64,000 nt of DNA from Desulfatiglandales bacterium (lineage in GTDB: Bacteria; Desulfobacterota; DSM-4660; Desulfatiglandales; HGW-15): positions 8,891-72,890 of the forward strand of contig JBMNCO010000132.1 in NCBI GenBank assembly GCA_049366815.1. The letters run 5' to 3'. Both the position numbers and the translations under genes were made by a program. Below the pieces are notes generated by a model. That model was given only the letters and a program-made list of their open reading frames with translations, did no database searches and was not told the origin of the DNA. This document shows positions 48,632 to 57,848 of the stretch, one piece after another. Every line of letters starts with the position of its first letter. Position 1 is the first letter of the stretch.

Positions 48632-48910
48632 CGCGTCTCACCCTCCCGCATGCAAAGCGTTTCCTTTCTAAAAAAGCCCACTTGTCACTATCTGTTGTTA
48701 TAGCTCGGCCATATTTTACGGTCCCATGAGCGGTTTCGGCCGCTGTATCCACTGTCCTTTTGACCCCCGCACCATAAAAGCGAGACTGCGGGTCTGTCTC
48801 CACAACGTATCCCGTCCTGGAAGGATTTTTATGTATACCCCATTTTATCGGCAATAAAAAATATTTTTTATAGCTCTCTTGATTATTAAGATATTATTAT
48901 AATTTGTGCT

Positions 48911-49081
48911 CATCCGGAAATGAGCATTCCCGGATTCGCGCTAACAGCTATCAGCGATCAGCCATCAGCGATCAGCGATCAGCTATCAGCAAAAGCTATG
49001 CAAAGACAAGGCATTAGGCTGAGCGCTGAATGCCGATAGCAGACCGCTCCATCCAGAAATCATTTATTTCTGGATGGAAAC
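48911..49081. repeat. Intergenic repeat family A, copy 3 (expanded heptamer tract)
   Basis: Has the same termini as copy 1, but the TCAGCNA tract is expanded to six units (TCAGCGA TCAGCCA TCAGCGA TCAGCGA TCAGCTA TCAGCAA). The 12-bp 3' hairpin is CCATCCAGAAAT/ATTTCTGGATGG. Confidence 0.85.
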
Positions 49082-49571
49082 TAATTTAGGCATGATCTTC
49101 AGGGCCTTTTACCTGGAGCGATTTCCCTTTGGCCGAAGACGACGGGGGAGTTCTCATGAAGGATTCCTGAATTTTCATTATCGATGAGGTCACAGCAGTG
49201 TCTGGACCCGGCTGGACAGGTCAGGGAAAGCACCTCAACACACAGAGAGAGACATGGCGTGGACCGGCGCACTGGATTTCAGATGTGTGGAGCAAAATCG
49301 AAAAAAGGATAGTACGTCTATAGCGTTGGAACTTGCCAACAGACAAAAAGTAGAATACGAAGAAGAAACATGGAAATGGCCTCGATGATAACATAATCTT
49401 ATCCTGCTTCCAAATGCATAATAATATGTTATGAGTCACATAAGAATAATGAAATTGACAAGCATGGACCGGATAGGTCATCCTGAAGCGCGTTCCATAA
49501 TATTACAAGTGGGATGAAAGGCCTCTTTTTTACCTACCGACGACAAAACCTTGGACACATGGAATCTGTCG

Positions 49572-49599
49572 TTGACAACACAATAAAACGCTTTATACT
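49572..49599 (+). promoter_or_regulatory. Candidate sigma-70 promoter for the UbiD/HAD carboxylase operon
   Basis: TTGACA (49572-77), a 16-nt spacer, then TATACT (49594-99), about 175 nt upstream of ATG 49773. Motif match only. Confidence 0.4.
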
Positions 49600-49772
49600 T
49601 TTCGTTTTTGACGCTTGAAGTTTTTGTTTTGTGCTCTTAGTTTCCCGTAATTCCCGATTCTCCAGGGCGGGCCTGTAACAGGCCCACTTTTCGATCGTAA
49701 ACCTGGAGGCCGGGATTCATCGTGACATTCTAGAATTCTAAACCGTTTATCCTTTTAAGGGAGGTATCTCCA

Positions 49773-51191
49773 ATGAAAGATCTAAGAGATTATGTCGCCA
49801 AGGCTGAAGAGATAGGTCAGCTCCGCCGGGTAAAGGCTGAAGTGGACTGGGATCTCGAACTTTCACACATCTGCAAAGTCACTGAAGAAAAGAGTGGGCC
49901 CGCCCTTCTTTTTGAGAACGTGAAGGGGTATTCTAGCCCCGTCCTGACGGGTGCATTCGGCACGACCGAGAGATTGGCCCTCATCCTCGGAGCGGATCCC
50001 AAGCTCTCCATGGTCGGACTGACAAAAGAGTGGGTGAACGCCTCTGTCAAGGATCTCATCCCGGCCCAAGAGGTCAAAGACGGCCCCATCTTTGAAAATG
50101 TGGTCGAGGCTGATAAGGTGGACACCTTTGCCTTTCCTTCACCAAGGTTTTACGAACTGGACGGCGGGCGCTACTTCGGTACCGCTGTGTTCATGGCCAT
50201 CCAGGACCCTGACACGGGTAAGGTCAACCTCGGCACCTACCGCATGGGTATCCTGGATGACAAAACCGTGGGTGTCCAGATCCTCAGAGGAAAGACGGCC
50301 GATAGGATCCTGCAGAAATGGGGAAAGAAGGGCAAAAAGATGCCCGCATGCGCGATCATAGGCGGTGACCCCCTGCATATCTTTGCCGGGGCCGCTACCG
50401 TGCCCAATGCCAAGAGCGGATACGACGTGGTGGGATCTCTTCGCGGCGCCCCGGTTGAAATTGTGAAGTCCCAACTGAGTGGCCTGCCCATTCCGGCCGC
50501 GGCAGAAATCGTGCTGGAAGGTGAGATCGACGCCGAGCAGCTGAGAGAAGAGGGACCCTTCGGCGAATACACCGGCTACTACACGGAAGAGTTGATCAAG
50601 CCGATTCCCAAGCCCGCGCTCGAAGTCAAACGCGTCTACTATCGAAACAACCCCATCCTGTGGGAGACGAGTGTCGGCAGGCCCGTAGGCGACCAGCACA
50701 TGCTCTATGCCTTTGTGCGAAACGCCAGCCTGTGGTCGGAACTGACCAGGTGGAATATGCCCGGCATCAAGTCCGTGTACACCATGCCGGAGGCGTCCGG
50801 CCGCTTCTGGGTCATCGTCTCCGTACAGCAGATGTATCCCGGTCACGCCGATCAGATAGCCGCGGCGGTCATCGCAAGCAATACGGGAACTTACGGAATC
50901 AAGGGCATCATTCTTGTTGACGACGACATCGACGCGGACGATCTGCCAAGGGTATGGTGGGCGCTCGGCACCCGATACAACCCGGACCGCGGCACACAGA
51001 TTATCAAAAGAGGAAGGTCCACCCCGCTCGATCCGGCCCTCGGTGCGGACGAGAACAAGTTCATCACCTCACGCATCATCCTGGATGCGACCATACCTTT
51101 CGATTGGAAGATCAAGCCCACGGAAATCAAGCTTACGGAAAGCGTCATGGAAAAGGTGAAGGCCAGGTGGGCCGAATACGGCATAGACTAA
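49773..51191 (+). CDS. UbiD-family (de)carboxylase, phenylphosphate-carboxylase alpha/beta-like, paralog 1
   Basis: 472 aa. MKDLRDYV..IGQLRRVKAEVDWDLELS..GPALLFENVKGY and FGEYTGYYT are the UbiD family hallmarks. RBS GGGAGG. Confidence 0.85.
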   Translation: MKDLRDYVAKAEEIGQLRRVKAEVDWDLELSHICKVTEEKSGPALLFENVKGYSSPVLTGAFGTTERLALILGADPKLSMVGLTKEWVNASVKDLIPAQEVKDGPIFENVVEADKVDTFAFPSPRFYELDGGRYFGTAVFMAIQDPDTGKVNLGTYRMGILDDKTVGVQILRGKTADRILQKWGKKGKKMPACAIIGGDPLHIFAGAATVPNAKSGYDVVGSLRGAPVEIVKSQLSGLPIPAAAEIVLEGEIDAEQLREEGPFGEYTGYYTEELIKPIPKPALEVKRVYYRNNPILWETSVGRPVGDQHMLYAFVRNASLWSELTRWNMPGIKSVYTMPEASGRFWVIVSVQQMYPGHADQIAAAVIASNTGTYGIKGIILVDDDIDADDLPRVWWALGTRYNPDRGTQIIKRGRSTPLDPALGADENKFITSRIILDATIPFDWKIKPTEIKLTESVMEKVKARWAEYGID

Positions 51192-51204
51192 TAAGGAGGT
51201 CAGT

Positions 51205-51762
51205 ATGGGCTTCGATAAGGATATAAAAGACGCACAGGAAAGGGCCAAAAAGCTCAAACTTTTTGCCCATGACGTTCATGGGATACTTACCCAGAACAAT
51301 TTTTATTGTGACATCGAGGGACGTCGCAGATATGGCTTCTGGCATATGGACGGCTTCGGGGACCTCTCCCTGGTGGCCAATAAGATCCAAGTTGCCTTTT
51401 TGGACAGCACATCTGTGGACGAAGAGGGCCTGTTCCGGGCCAAGGAGTTGAAACTTGACAAGTTCTACTACAAAGTCACGAATAAGCTGGCCAAGCTGGA
51501 GGAACTCAAAAAGGAACTGGATATAGCCGATGAGAACATCGGTTATATGGGGTGCGAAGTCACGGATCTCCCGGCCATGAAGCGAGTCGGTTTCGCTGTG
51601 GCCACGGCGGACGCCATTGATGATGTCAAGGAGGTCGCACATTATATTACCACGGCCCCCGGAGGAAGAGGGGCCATGCGTGAGATCTGCGAATTCATTC
51701 TCAGGGCCATGGGACAATGGGAAACCTGGGTCGATATGGTCACCAAGAAGGGTTACAAGTAG
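51205..51762 (+). CDS. KdsC-like HAD-superfamily protein (phenylphosphate carboxylase delta-like), copy 1, with altered catalytic motifs
   Basis: Collinear with KdsC-type phosphatases. Motif I reads DVHG rather than DxDG. Motif IV reads GCEVTD rather than GDDxxD. The GGRGA(M/V)RE tail is retained. Confidence 0.75.
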   Translation: MGFDKDIKDAQERAKKLKLFAHDVHGILTQNNFYCDIEGRRRYGFWHMDGFGDLSLVANKIQVAFLDSTSVDEEGLFRAKELKLDKFYYKVTNKLAKLEELKKELDIADENIGYMGCEVTDLPAMKRVGFAVATADAIDDVKEVAHYITTAPGGRGAMREICEFILRAMGQWETWVDMVTKKGYK

Positions 51763-51784
51763 CCGTTAAAGGAGGGGTGACATA

Positions 51785-52324
51785 ATGGTAAGTATGGAAA
51801 ATGCAATAGAAAAGGCAAAGCAAGTCAAGTTCGTCATCCTGGACATCCATGGGATCCTCACGGATAACACGCTTTATTATACGGATGAGGGGACGAAGTC
51901 GGAGTGTTTCTCCCTGGCGGATCGGCTGGGGTGTATGGCCCTGATGGAAGCGGGAATCGGCGTGTCCTTCCTGACCACCAAAATTTCCCGGGCGGATCAA
52001 CAGGTCGGAAAGGTCTATACGGTCCCTGATGACAAGCTCTGGGGCACAGGCGCCAAGATGGGTAGGCTCGACGAATTTGAAAAGGAATCGGGTTACCAGG
52101 ATCACGACTTCTGCTATGTTGGTGATGAGATGATCGACCTCGGCATCATGAAGCGGGTCGGTTTTGCCGTTGCGCCGGCCGACGGCGCGACAGAGGCCAA
52201 GGGTGTCGCCGATTTGATCACAAAGGCCAACGGCGGCAAGGGAGTCGTCAGAGAAACTGCGGAATTCATTCTCAAGGCCCAGGGAAAGTGGGATTCAGTG
52301 ATACAAACACTGACGCAGTCATAG
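51785..52324 (+). CDS. KdsC-like HAD-superfamily protein (phenylphosphate carboxylase delta-like), copy 2
   Basis: FVILDIHGILTDN (motif I is again D-x-H), YVGDEMIDLGIMKRVGFAVAPADG and GGKGVVRE. RBS AAAGGAGGGG. Confidence 0.75.
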   Translation: MVSMENAIEKAKQVKFVILDIHGILTDNTLYYTDEGTKSECFSLADRLGCMALMEAGIGVSFLTTKISRADQQVGKVYTVPDDKLWGTGAKMGRLDEFEKESGYQDHDFCYVGDEMIDLGIMKRVGFAVAPADGATEAKGVADLITKANGGKGVVRETAEFILKAQGKWDSVIQTLTQS

Positions 52325-52538
52325 TGAAGTCCAAAAGCGGATAAGGAGGGTTGATACAGGAACCCTTTTCATGCTCCGGCCTGTAATAATCTATTTGAAA
52401 AAAAAGAGTGAACGCTTTCAGGTGCGCAACGGAAGAGAGCGCCGGGACAACCGGCGCATCTCCCAGCCGAGAGGATCGTACCGGTGTGGGAGTCAGATTC
52501 TCCGGATGCCTACCGTTTATATCAAAAAGGAGGTTTAG

Positions 52539-53984
52539 ATGTCCTACTCATGTCCTAAAGACAACAGAGAATTTATCAAACTATTGGAAAAATCCGGGGA
52601 CCTGGTCACGATTGAGCAGGAAGTGGATTGGGATCTCGAGTTAGGAGCGATTGTGCGAAGGGTTTGCGAGTTGAACCTGCATACCCCCTACTTCAAAAAA
52701 ATTAAGGATTACCCTGGATTCGAGGCCCTTGGTGCACCTCTGGCCACCTACCGAAGGCTCGCCCTGGCCATGGGCATGGACGGCGAGTCCACCATTCCGC
52801 AGATTGCCGACGAATATGTCAGACGCACCACTTCCGATAAGGGCATCCCGCCGGTTATCCTGGACAAAAAGGATGCGCCCTGTAAAGAGAACATTCTTCT
52901 TGGGGATGACGCGAATCTGATGAACATTATGGGACCCATGGTTCACGACGGGGACGGGGGAAGATACCTGTGTACATGGCATTTTGTGGTGGCGCAGGAT
53001 CCGGACGACAAGCACATCAACTGGGGGATGTATCGACAAATGGTCTTTGACGAAAAGACCATGGTCGGCCCCGTCCTCCCCTTCTCAGACATGGGAAAGA
53101 TGTTCTACGGAAAGCACGTTCCCAGGAACGAGCCCATGCCTTTTGCCACGGTCATCGGTATTGATCCCCTCTCAGGCGTGGCGGCCAGTGCGCCCGCTTC
53201 CATTCCGGAAGATTTATTCGCCGGCATGTTGAGGGGCGAACCCATGGAACTGGTCAAATGCGAAACCTGCGATCTCCAGGTGCCTGCCCACGCTGAGGTC
53301 ATTATCGAGGGCGAGGTCATCCCGAACATCATGATCGAAGAGGCCCCCTTTGGGGAATATACGGGGTACCGCACCTCTCCGAGGGAACCGAGGACGGTCT
53401 ATCGCGTCAAGGCCATCACCCACAGAAACAACCCCATCATCACCGTTTCCAACATGGGCGTACCCACCGATGAGGGGCAACTTCTGAGGTCCTTTTCCCT
53501 GGGTCTCGAAATGCGTAGGCTTTTGGAAAGCCAGGGCATTCCCATAACAGGGGTCTTCATGCTTCCCGAGTCGACCCACCACCTGGTCGTGGTCGGCGTG
53601 AAACCCGCCTACAGTGGTATCGCTCAGCAGATCGCCGGTCTGATCTACGGCAGCAAACTGAGTCCATGGTTCCACATGACCATCGTAGTGGATGATGAGA
53701 CGGACATCTACAGCAAGGAAGAAGTCATCCACGCCCTGTCCACAAAATGTCATCCGATCCGAGGGATTCATAAGTACGACAACGCACCCGGAACCCCGCT
53801 CAATCCTTATGCCTCTCCCGAGGAGCGCAAGATGAGCTTCGGGGCGAAGGTCCTTTTCGACTGCACCTTCCCTCTGAATTGGCCCAAATCCGACCTGCCC
53901 ATTAAGGTCGCATTCAACACCGTATATCCCGAGCACATCCAGGAAAAGGTCCTGGCAAACTGGACGAGCTACGGTTTCAAATAA
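52539..53984 (+). CDS. UbiD-family (de)carboxylase, phenylphosphate-carboxylase alpha/beta-like, paralog 2
   Basis: 481 aa. GDLVTIEQEVDWDLELGAI and FGEYTGYRTS. RBS AAAGGAGG. Confidence 0.85.
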   Translation: MSYSCPKDNREFIKLLEKSGDLVTIEQEVDWDLELGAIVRRVCELNLHTPYFKKIKDYPGFEALGAPLATYRRLALAMGMDGESTIPQIADEYVRRTTSDKGIPPVILDKKDAPCKENILLGDDANLMNIMGPMVHDGDGGRYLCTWHFVVAQDPDDKHINWGMYRQMVFDEKTMVGPVLPFSDMGKMFYGKHVPRNEPMPFATVIGIDPLSGVAASAPASIPEDLFAGMLRGEPMELVKCETCDLQVPAHAEVIIEGEVIPNIMIEEAPFGEYTGYRTSPREPRTVYRVKAITHRNNPIITVSNMGVPTDEGQLLRSFSLGLEMRRLLESQGIPITGVFMLPESTHHLVVVGVKPAYSGIAQQIAGLIYGSKLSPWFHMTIVVDDETDIYSKEEVIHALSTKCHPIRGIHKYDNAPGTPLNPYASPEERKMSFGAKVLFDCTFPLNWPKSDLPIKVAFNTVYPEHIQEKVLANWTSYGFK

Positions 53985-54000
53985 ACAGGAGGAAAAATCC

Positions 54001-54273
54001 ATGGCAAGAAAAGAATATGATACCTACGTGTTAGTCGATCCTGCGACGGTCCCCGAGGATCAGGAGATGGAAGTTATCCTCCGGGATCTGAACCCTGAGG
54101 ACAGACGACACAAATATCGAAGCTTCTTCGCGAAAGTCAAGATCTCCAAGTCCGACAGCAAGTACCCGAATTTGCTCCAGGTCAGACTTGGCCGAGGCCA
54201 GCTTCAGGAAAAACGTTGGTCCGTCGAGGTTCTGCAGGTAGTGGATAAATTCGCGCAGGGAGCAGCTGCATGA
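54001..54273 (+). CDS. Small (90 aa) protein, candidate phenylphosphate-carboxylase gamma-like subunit
   Basis: Its ~10 kDa size and its position between UbiD paralogs match the small gamma subunit reported for the Thauera enzyme. RBS AGGAGGAA. The stop overlaps the next gene's start. No motif is recognisable. Confidence 0.5.
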   Translation: MARKEYDTYVLVDPATVPEDQEMEVILRDLNPEDRRHKYRSFFAKVKISKSDSKYPNLLQVRLGRGQLQEKRWSVEVLQVVDKFAQGAAA

Positions 54274-55637
54274 GAGACGTGCGCGGTCTCAAGGAGTTTG
54301 TCCAGATACTGGAGGGCCAGGGAGAACTTCAGCGGATTAAGGAGCCCCTGGACCCCCGGTATGAGATTTCCAGTGTCCTGTCGGAGATTGGCCGAAGGGA
54401 GGGCCCTGCCCTCCTTTTCGAATCCGTCAAGGGGTGCAGTACGCCCCTTGTCGGCAATCTCCTGGGAACCAATAAGCGTATTGCCTTGGCGCTGGGAGTC
54501 CAGGAGGAGGATATTCGAGAGGGTCGACTCCCAAACATGGAAAGGAGAATCCCCCCGGTCCTCCTGGGTAAAAAATCCGAGAGAGAGCTTATAAGCTCGA
54601 AAAAGGACATCGATCTTCGGAGAATCATCCCGGCCCTGACCTATTATATCAAGGATTCCGGCCCCTACATCACTGCCGGGATCACCTCTGCCCGGGATCC
54701 CAGGGACGGGACCATGGGAAGGGGCCTGCATCGCATGGAAATGCGGGGCGAAAGTGAAATCGGTATTTCTCTGATCAATCCGCCTCTTTCAGATATCTAT
54801 GCCTATCACCGGGGACAAGGCACCCGAATGGAAGTGGCCACCGCACTCGGTGTCGATCCTTCCATCCTCTTTGCCACCATACAAAACATACCCCGTGGAA
54901 CCGATAAATTCGCCTTCGCCGGAGGGCTCATGGGTGAGGCGATCGCAACGAAAAAGGCCGAGACCGTGGACGTGGAGGTCCCTGCCTACGCCGAGATCAT
55001 CATTGAAGGGATTATTGATCCCCGAGGTGAAGAAAATGACGGCACGCTTGGTGAGGCGAGCGGCTACTATATGGCGTTTTCAAGCAGTCCCACCATCCAT
55101 GTGACTGCCGTCAGTTACCGAAAAAATCCTTGTTTTCAGGCCATCCTGCCCTGGAGTCTCGAAGTTGATCATCTTGTCTCCCTATTCCACGGGCTGGATT
55201 TCATTCCCAAGATGAAGAGGGATGTCCCCAATATCCTGGATGTCCACTTCGTACCGGGTACCTTCGGCTCTCACGTGGTCTTTTCCATTGACTCTGAAAA
55301 CAAGGCGGATATCCGGAGGGCATTGACCCTGGCCCTCACCTTTACACGTACTAAAAAGGCGACGGCGGTCGACGCGGATGTCAACCCCCGGGATCATCTG
55401 GAGGTCGAATGGGCCATGGCCACGAGGTTTCAGGCCGACAGGGATCTCATCGTGATCCCGTCACTCCGTGGGCAGCCGATCGATCCCTCCACCGGACCGG
55501 GGTTCGCAACGTCGAAGGTGGGAATTGATGCCACTAAGCCGAATAAAGAAGCCTTTGAGAAGGTGGATTTCCCTGAGGACGTAAAAGATCGAATGTCCTC
55601 GCTGATCGCTGATATTGTGAAAGAGGGATGGAAATGA
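54270..55637 (+). CDS. UbiD-family (de)carboxylase, paralog 3 (more UbiD-like, coupled to UbiX)
   Basis: 455 aa. GELQRIKEPLDPRYEISSV..GPALLFESVKG and LGEASGYYM. Overlaps the UbiX gene start by 10 nt. Confidence 0.85.
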   Translation: MRDVRGLKEFVQILEGQGELQRIKEPLDPRYEISSVLSEIGRREGPALLFESVKGCSTPLVGNLLGTNKRIALALGVQEEDIREGRLPNMERRIPPVLLGKKSERELISSKKDIDLRRIIPALTYYIKDSGPYITAGITSARDPRDGTMGRGLHRMEMRGESEIGISLINPPLSDIYAYHRGQGTRMEVATALGVDPSILFATIQNIPRGTDKFAFAGGLMGEAIATKKAETVDVEVPAYAEIIIEGIIDPRGEENDGTLGEASGYYMAFSSSPTIHVTAVSYRKNPCFQAILPWSLEVDHLVSLFHGLDFIPKMKRDVPNILDVHFVPGTFGSHVVFSIDSENKADIRRALTLALTFTRTKKATAVDADVNPRDHLEVEWAMATRFQADRDLIVIPSLRGQPIDPSTGPGFATSKVGIDATKPNKEAFEKVDFPEDVKDRMSSLIADIVKEGWK

Positions 55638-56284
55638 AAAGACTGGTTGTGGGCATTTCAGGTGCGACCGGCGCGATTTACGGTATCCGGCTCCTTGAGG
55701 TTTTGTCTCAATTGGACATTGAGAGCCATGTAGTCATTTCGGAGGCTGCGATCAGGACGATCCACATGGAAACCCCTTGGACGATAGAGGGGGTCAAGGC
55801 CCTGGCCCATACCTGGTATGACATACGGGACGTTGGGGCGGATATTGCGAGTGGATCCTTCATTTGCGAGGGCATGGTCGTGATCCCGTGCGCTATCAAG
55901 ACCCTGTCCGGAATCGCCCATTCCTACAATGACAATCTCCTGCTCCGTGCCGCTGACGTGGCCTTGAAGGAAAAACGCAAGCTGGTTGTCGTTGTCAGGG
56001 AGACACCTCTGCATAAAGGCCACTTGAGCCTCATGTTGACCCTGGCGGATCTCGGTGCCACGATCCTTCCCCCCATCCCCGCCTTCTACTCACTCCCCAA
56101 GACGATTGATGATCTCATCAATCATTTGGTAGGCAAGGTCCTGGACATGTTCCACATCGAGCACCAGCTGTTCGCCCGGTGGGGCAGCGACAAACTGAAA
56201 AGCACGGTCACCGAAAAAGAGAAATCAAAATGCGCGGGGGTGACCGATCCCGCAACAGACCCCGGCAACAGAGGAAAGCTTTAA
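55628..56284 (+). CDS. ubiX: UbiX-family flavin prenyltransferase (prFMN synthase)
   Basis: KRLVVGISGATGAIYGIRLLEVL, MVVIPCAIKTLSGIAHS and VVRETPLH are the canonical UbiX/Pad1 motifs. Confidence 0.9.
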   Translation: MEMKRLVVGISGATGAIYGIRLLEVLSQLDIESHVVISEAAIRTIHMETPWTIEGVKALAHTWYDIRDVGADIASGSFICEGMVVIPCAIKTLSGIAHSYNDNLLLRAADVALKEKRKLVVVVRETPLHKGHLSLMLTLADLGATILPPIPAFYSLPKTIDDLINHLVGKVLDMFHIEHQLFARWGSDKLKSTVTEKEKSKCAGVTDPATDPGNRGKL

Positions 56285-56288
56285 GGTA

Positions 56289-57230
56289 TCAAGATATTCT
56301 CTCTTTGGAGATAAGGGACTGGATACCCCTGATAGGTCCCTTTTCTGCAATTAATTGTTCCAGGATCGCGAGAAAGGCCTTTGCAGAGGGTGAGAGGGGT
56401 TGATTTTTTAAATAGGCAATGTTGACCCCCAGGGTCATGGACTCCCCAAGGATCGGGCGGGTGACGAGTTTTTTCTGCTCGAGTTCTGCAACAACGGATC
56501 CCTTGACCAAAAAAGATATCCCATCCCCACGTTCAACAACCTGCATGATAAATTCAGCGTTGGAGGTTTCCATCAGGATTCTTGGTGACCTGTCGTGGCG
56601 TTTGAACAGGTCGTCGACCAACTTCCTTGTTACGGACCCGACTTCCTTCATGATAATAGGCTGTTGGGCGATCTCTTCGAATGTTACGACCTCTCTTTGG
56701 GCCAAAGGGTGATCCGGTGGAAAGAGCGGAATCAATTCTTCCTCACTGAAGGGGATGAATTCCACATCGGGTTCTTCTATGACCTTGGCAATAAGGGCCA
56801 CCTCATTCTTTAGATCACAAATACTCTTGATCATTGCAGCGGAACTGCCCTCGTCCAGATGAATCTCAATGTGACAATACTTTTCATGAAATTTACGCAC
56901 GAGACCGGGCATGATGTAACGGGCGTAGCTTTTGCTCGTGCCCAGGCGTAGCACCCCCCGCTTTAACGCCCTCAAATCTTCTATGACGTTTTCGACCTCC
57001 TTCTCCTGTTCAAAAATGGGTCGGATATAGTTGAAAATGGTCCTACCCTCGTCCGTCATCCGAATACCCCTGCCCCGTTTTTTGAACAGATTGAGGTCAC
57101 AATATTCCCCGAAGGCCTTGACCTGTGCTGTGACGGCCGGCTGGCTGATAAGAAGTTCCTTTGCCGCTGACGTGAAACTGAGGTTTTTGGCAACGTGATA
57201 AAAGACCCTGACTTGGTTCAGATTCAACAT
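56289..57230 (-). CDS. LysR-family transcriptional regulator (paralog 2)
   Basis: MLNLNQVRVFYHVAKNLSFTSAAKELLISQPAVTAQVKAF is a clear paralog of 47699..48631. ATG 57230 is preceded by GGAGGA; the track start at 57359 is rejected. Confidence 0.9.
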   Translation of the reverse strand: MLNLNQVRVFYHVAKNLSFTSAAKELLISQPAVTAQVKAFGEYCDLNLFKKRGRGIRMTDEGRTIFNYIRPIFEQEKEVENVIEDLRALKRGVLRLGTSKSYARYIMPGLVRKFHEKYCHIEIHLDEGSSAAMIKSICDLKNEVALIAKVIEEPDVEFIPFSEEELIPLFPPDHPLAQREVVTFEEIAQQPIIMKEVGSVTRKLVDDLFKRHDRSPRILMETSNAEFIMQVVERGDGISFLVKGSVVAELEQKKLVTRPILGESMTLGVNIAYLKNQPLSPSAKAFLAILEQLIAEKGPIRGIQSLISKERIS

Positions 57231-57464
57231 ATGATCCTCCGTCACCCGACATCGAGCATCCGGCTTGTCTTGGAGTCCCCTGTACGCCACGAGGGATTCT
57301 AATCCACCTTTATCAAAAGAGATTTCTGCAGAAAGGAATGGATTGGGGTCTGGAGTCAACCCGTCTCCCTTATCTGTAAATCTCTACAGATCCATAAAAA
57401 TCCCTGATAAATACCATAAGAAAAATAAAGTTGACATCTCTTTTTCTTTAAACAAAATCTCACT

Positions 57465-57736
57465 CTTGTCCAAAATAGAATGTGCCGCTCCAAGCAGGGA
57501 TCGGCATGTTCTCTCCGCTACGCTCCCTCCGCCATCCATGGCTCCGGTCGCTGCGGGATTTTGGCCCTTCATCTGTCCTGATTCAGGGCCAAAATACGCC
57601 CGCTCCGAGAAAATCCCGGTCCCTGCTTTCCGCTACCTGGGTTGGAACCTCAACGCGAAGATGACTGTTTTGCGTTCCCAACTGCCTGATTTAACACTAT
57701 CCCGTGCAAAAAATTGACTCGTTTTGGACACTAATG
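57465..57736. repeat. Intergenic repeat family C, copy 2 (longer, with extra internal hairpin)
   Basis: Same ends as 27580..27745. It has about 105 extra nt, including the hairpin ATTTTGGCCC/GGGCCAAAAT (57558-57595). It lies in the divergent region between LysR paralog 2 and the HD-domain gene. Confidence 0.75.
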
Positions 57737-57848
57737 ACAAAATCTATTGTTTAAGAGAAACCATTCATTCCGGTCCCAGACGGGCACGCCCCTCTCTTTC
57801 TGCCTCCGATGCTTTTTTTCCATTCAAATGCCGCAGGAATGATAAAAA

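Noticed and set aside
48951-48992. Tandem TCAGCNA repeats considered as a possible CRISPR or other array
   Set aside because: The unit is only 7 nt with no spacers, and it is an internal tract of repeat family A. No cas genes are present.
49221-49481. An 86-aa minus-strand ORF in the LysR/UbiD intergenic region
   Set aside because: The sequence is AT-rich with an improbable composition (many Cys, Phe and Leu runs). It has no RBS and lies in what looks like a promoter and operator region.
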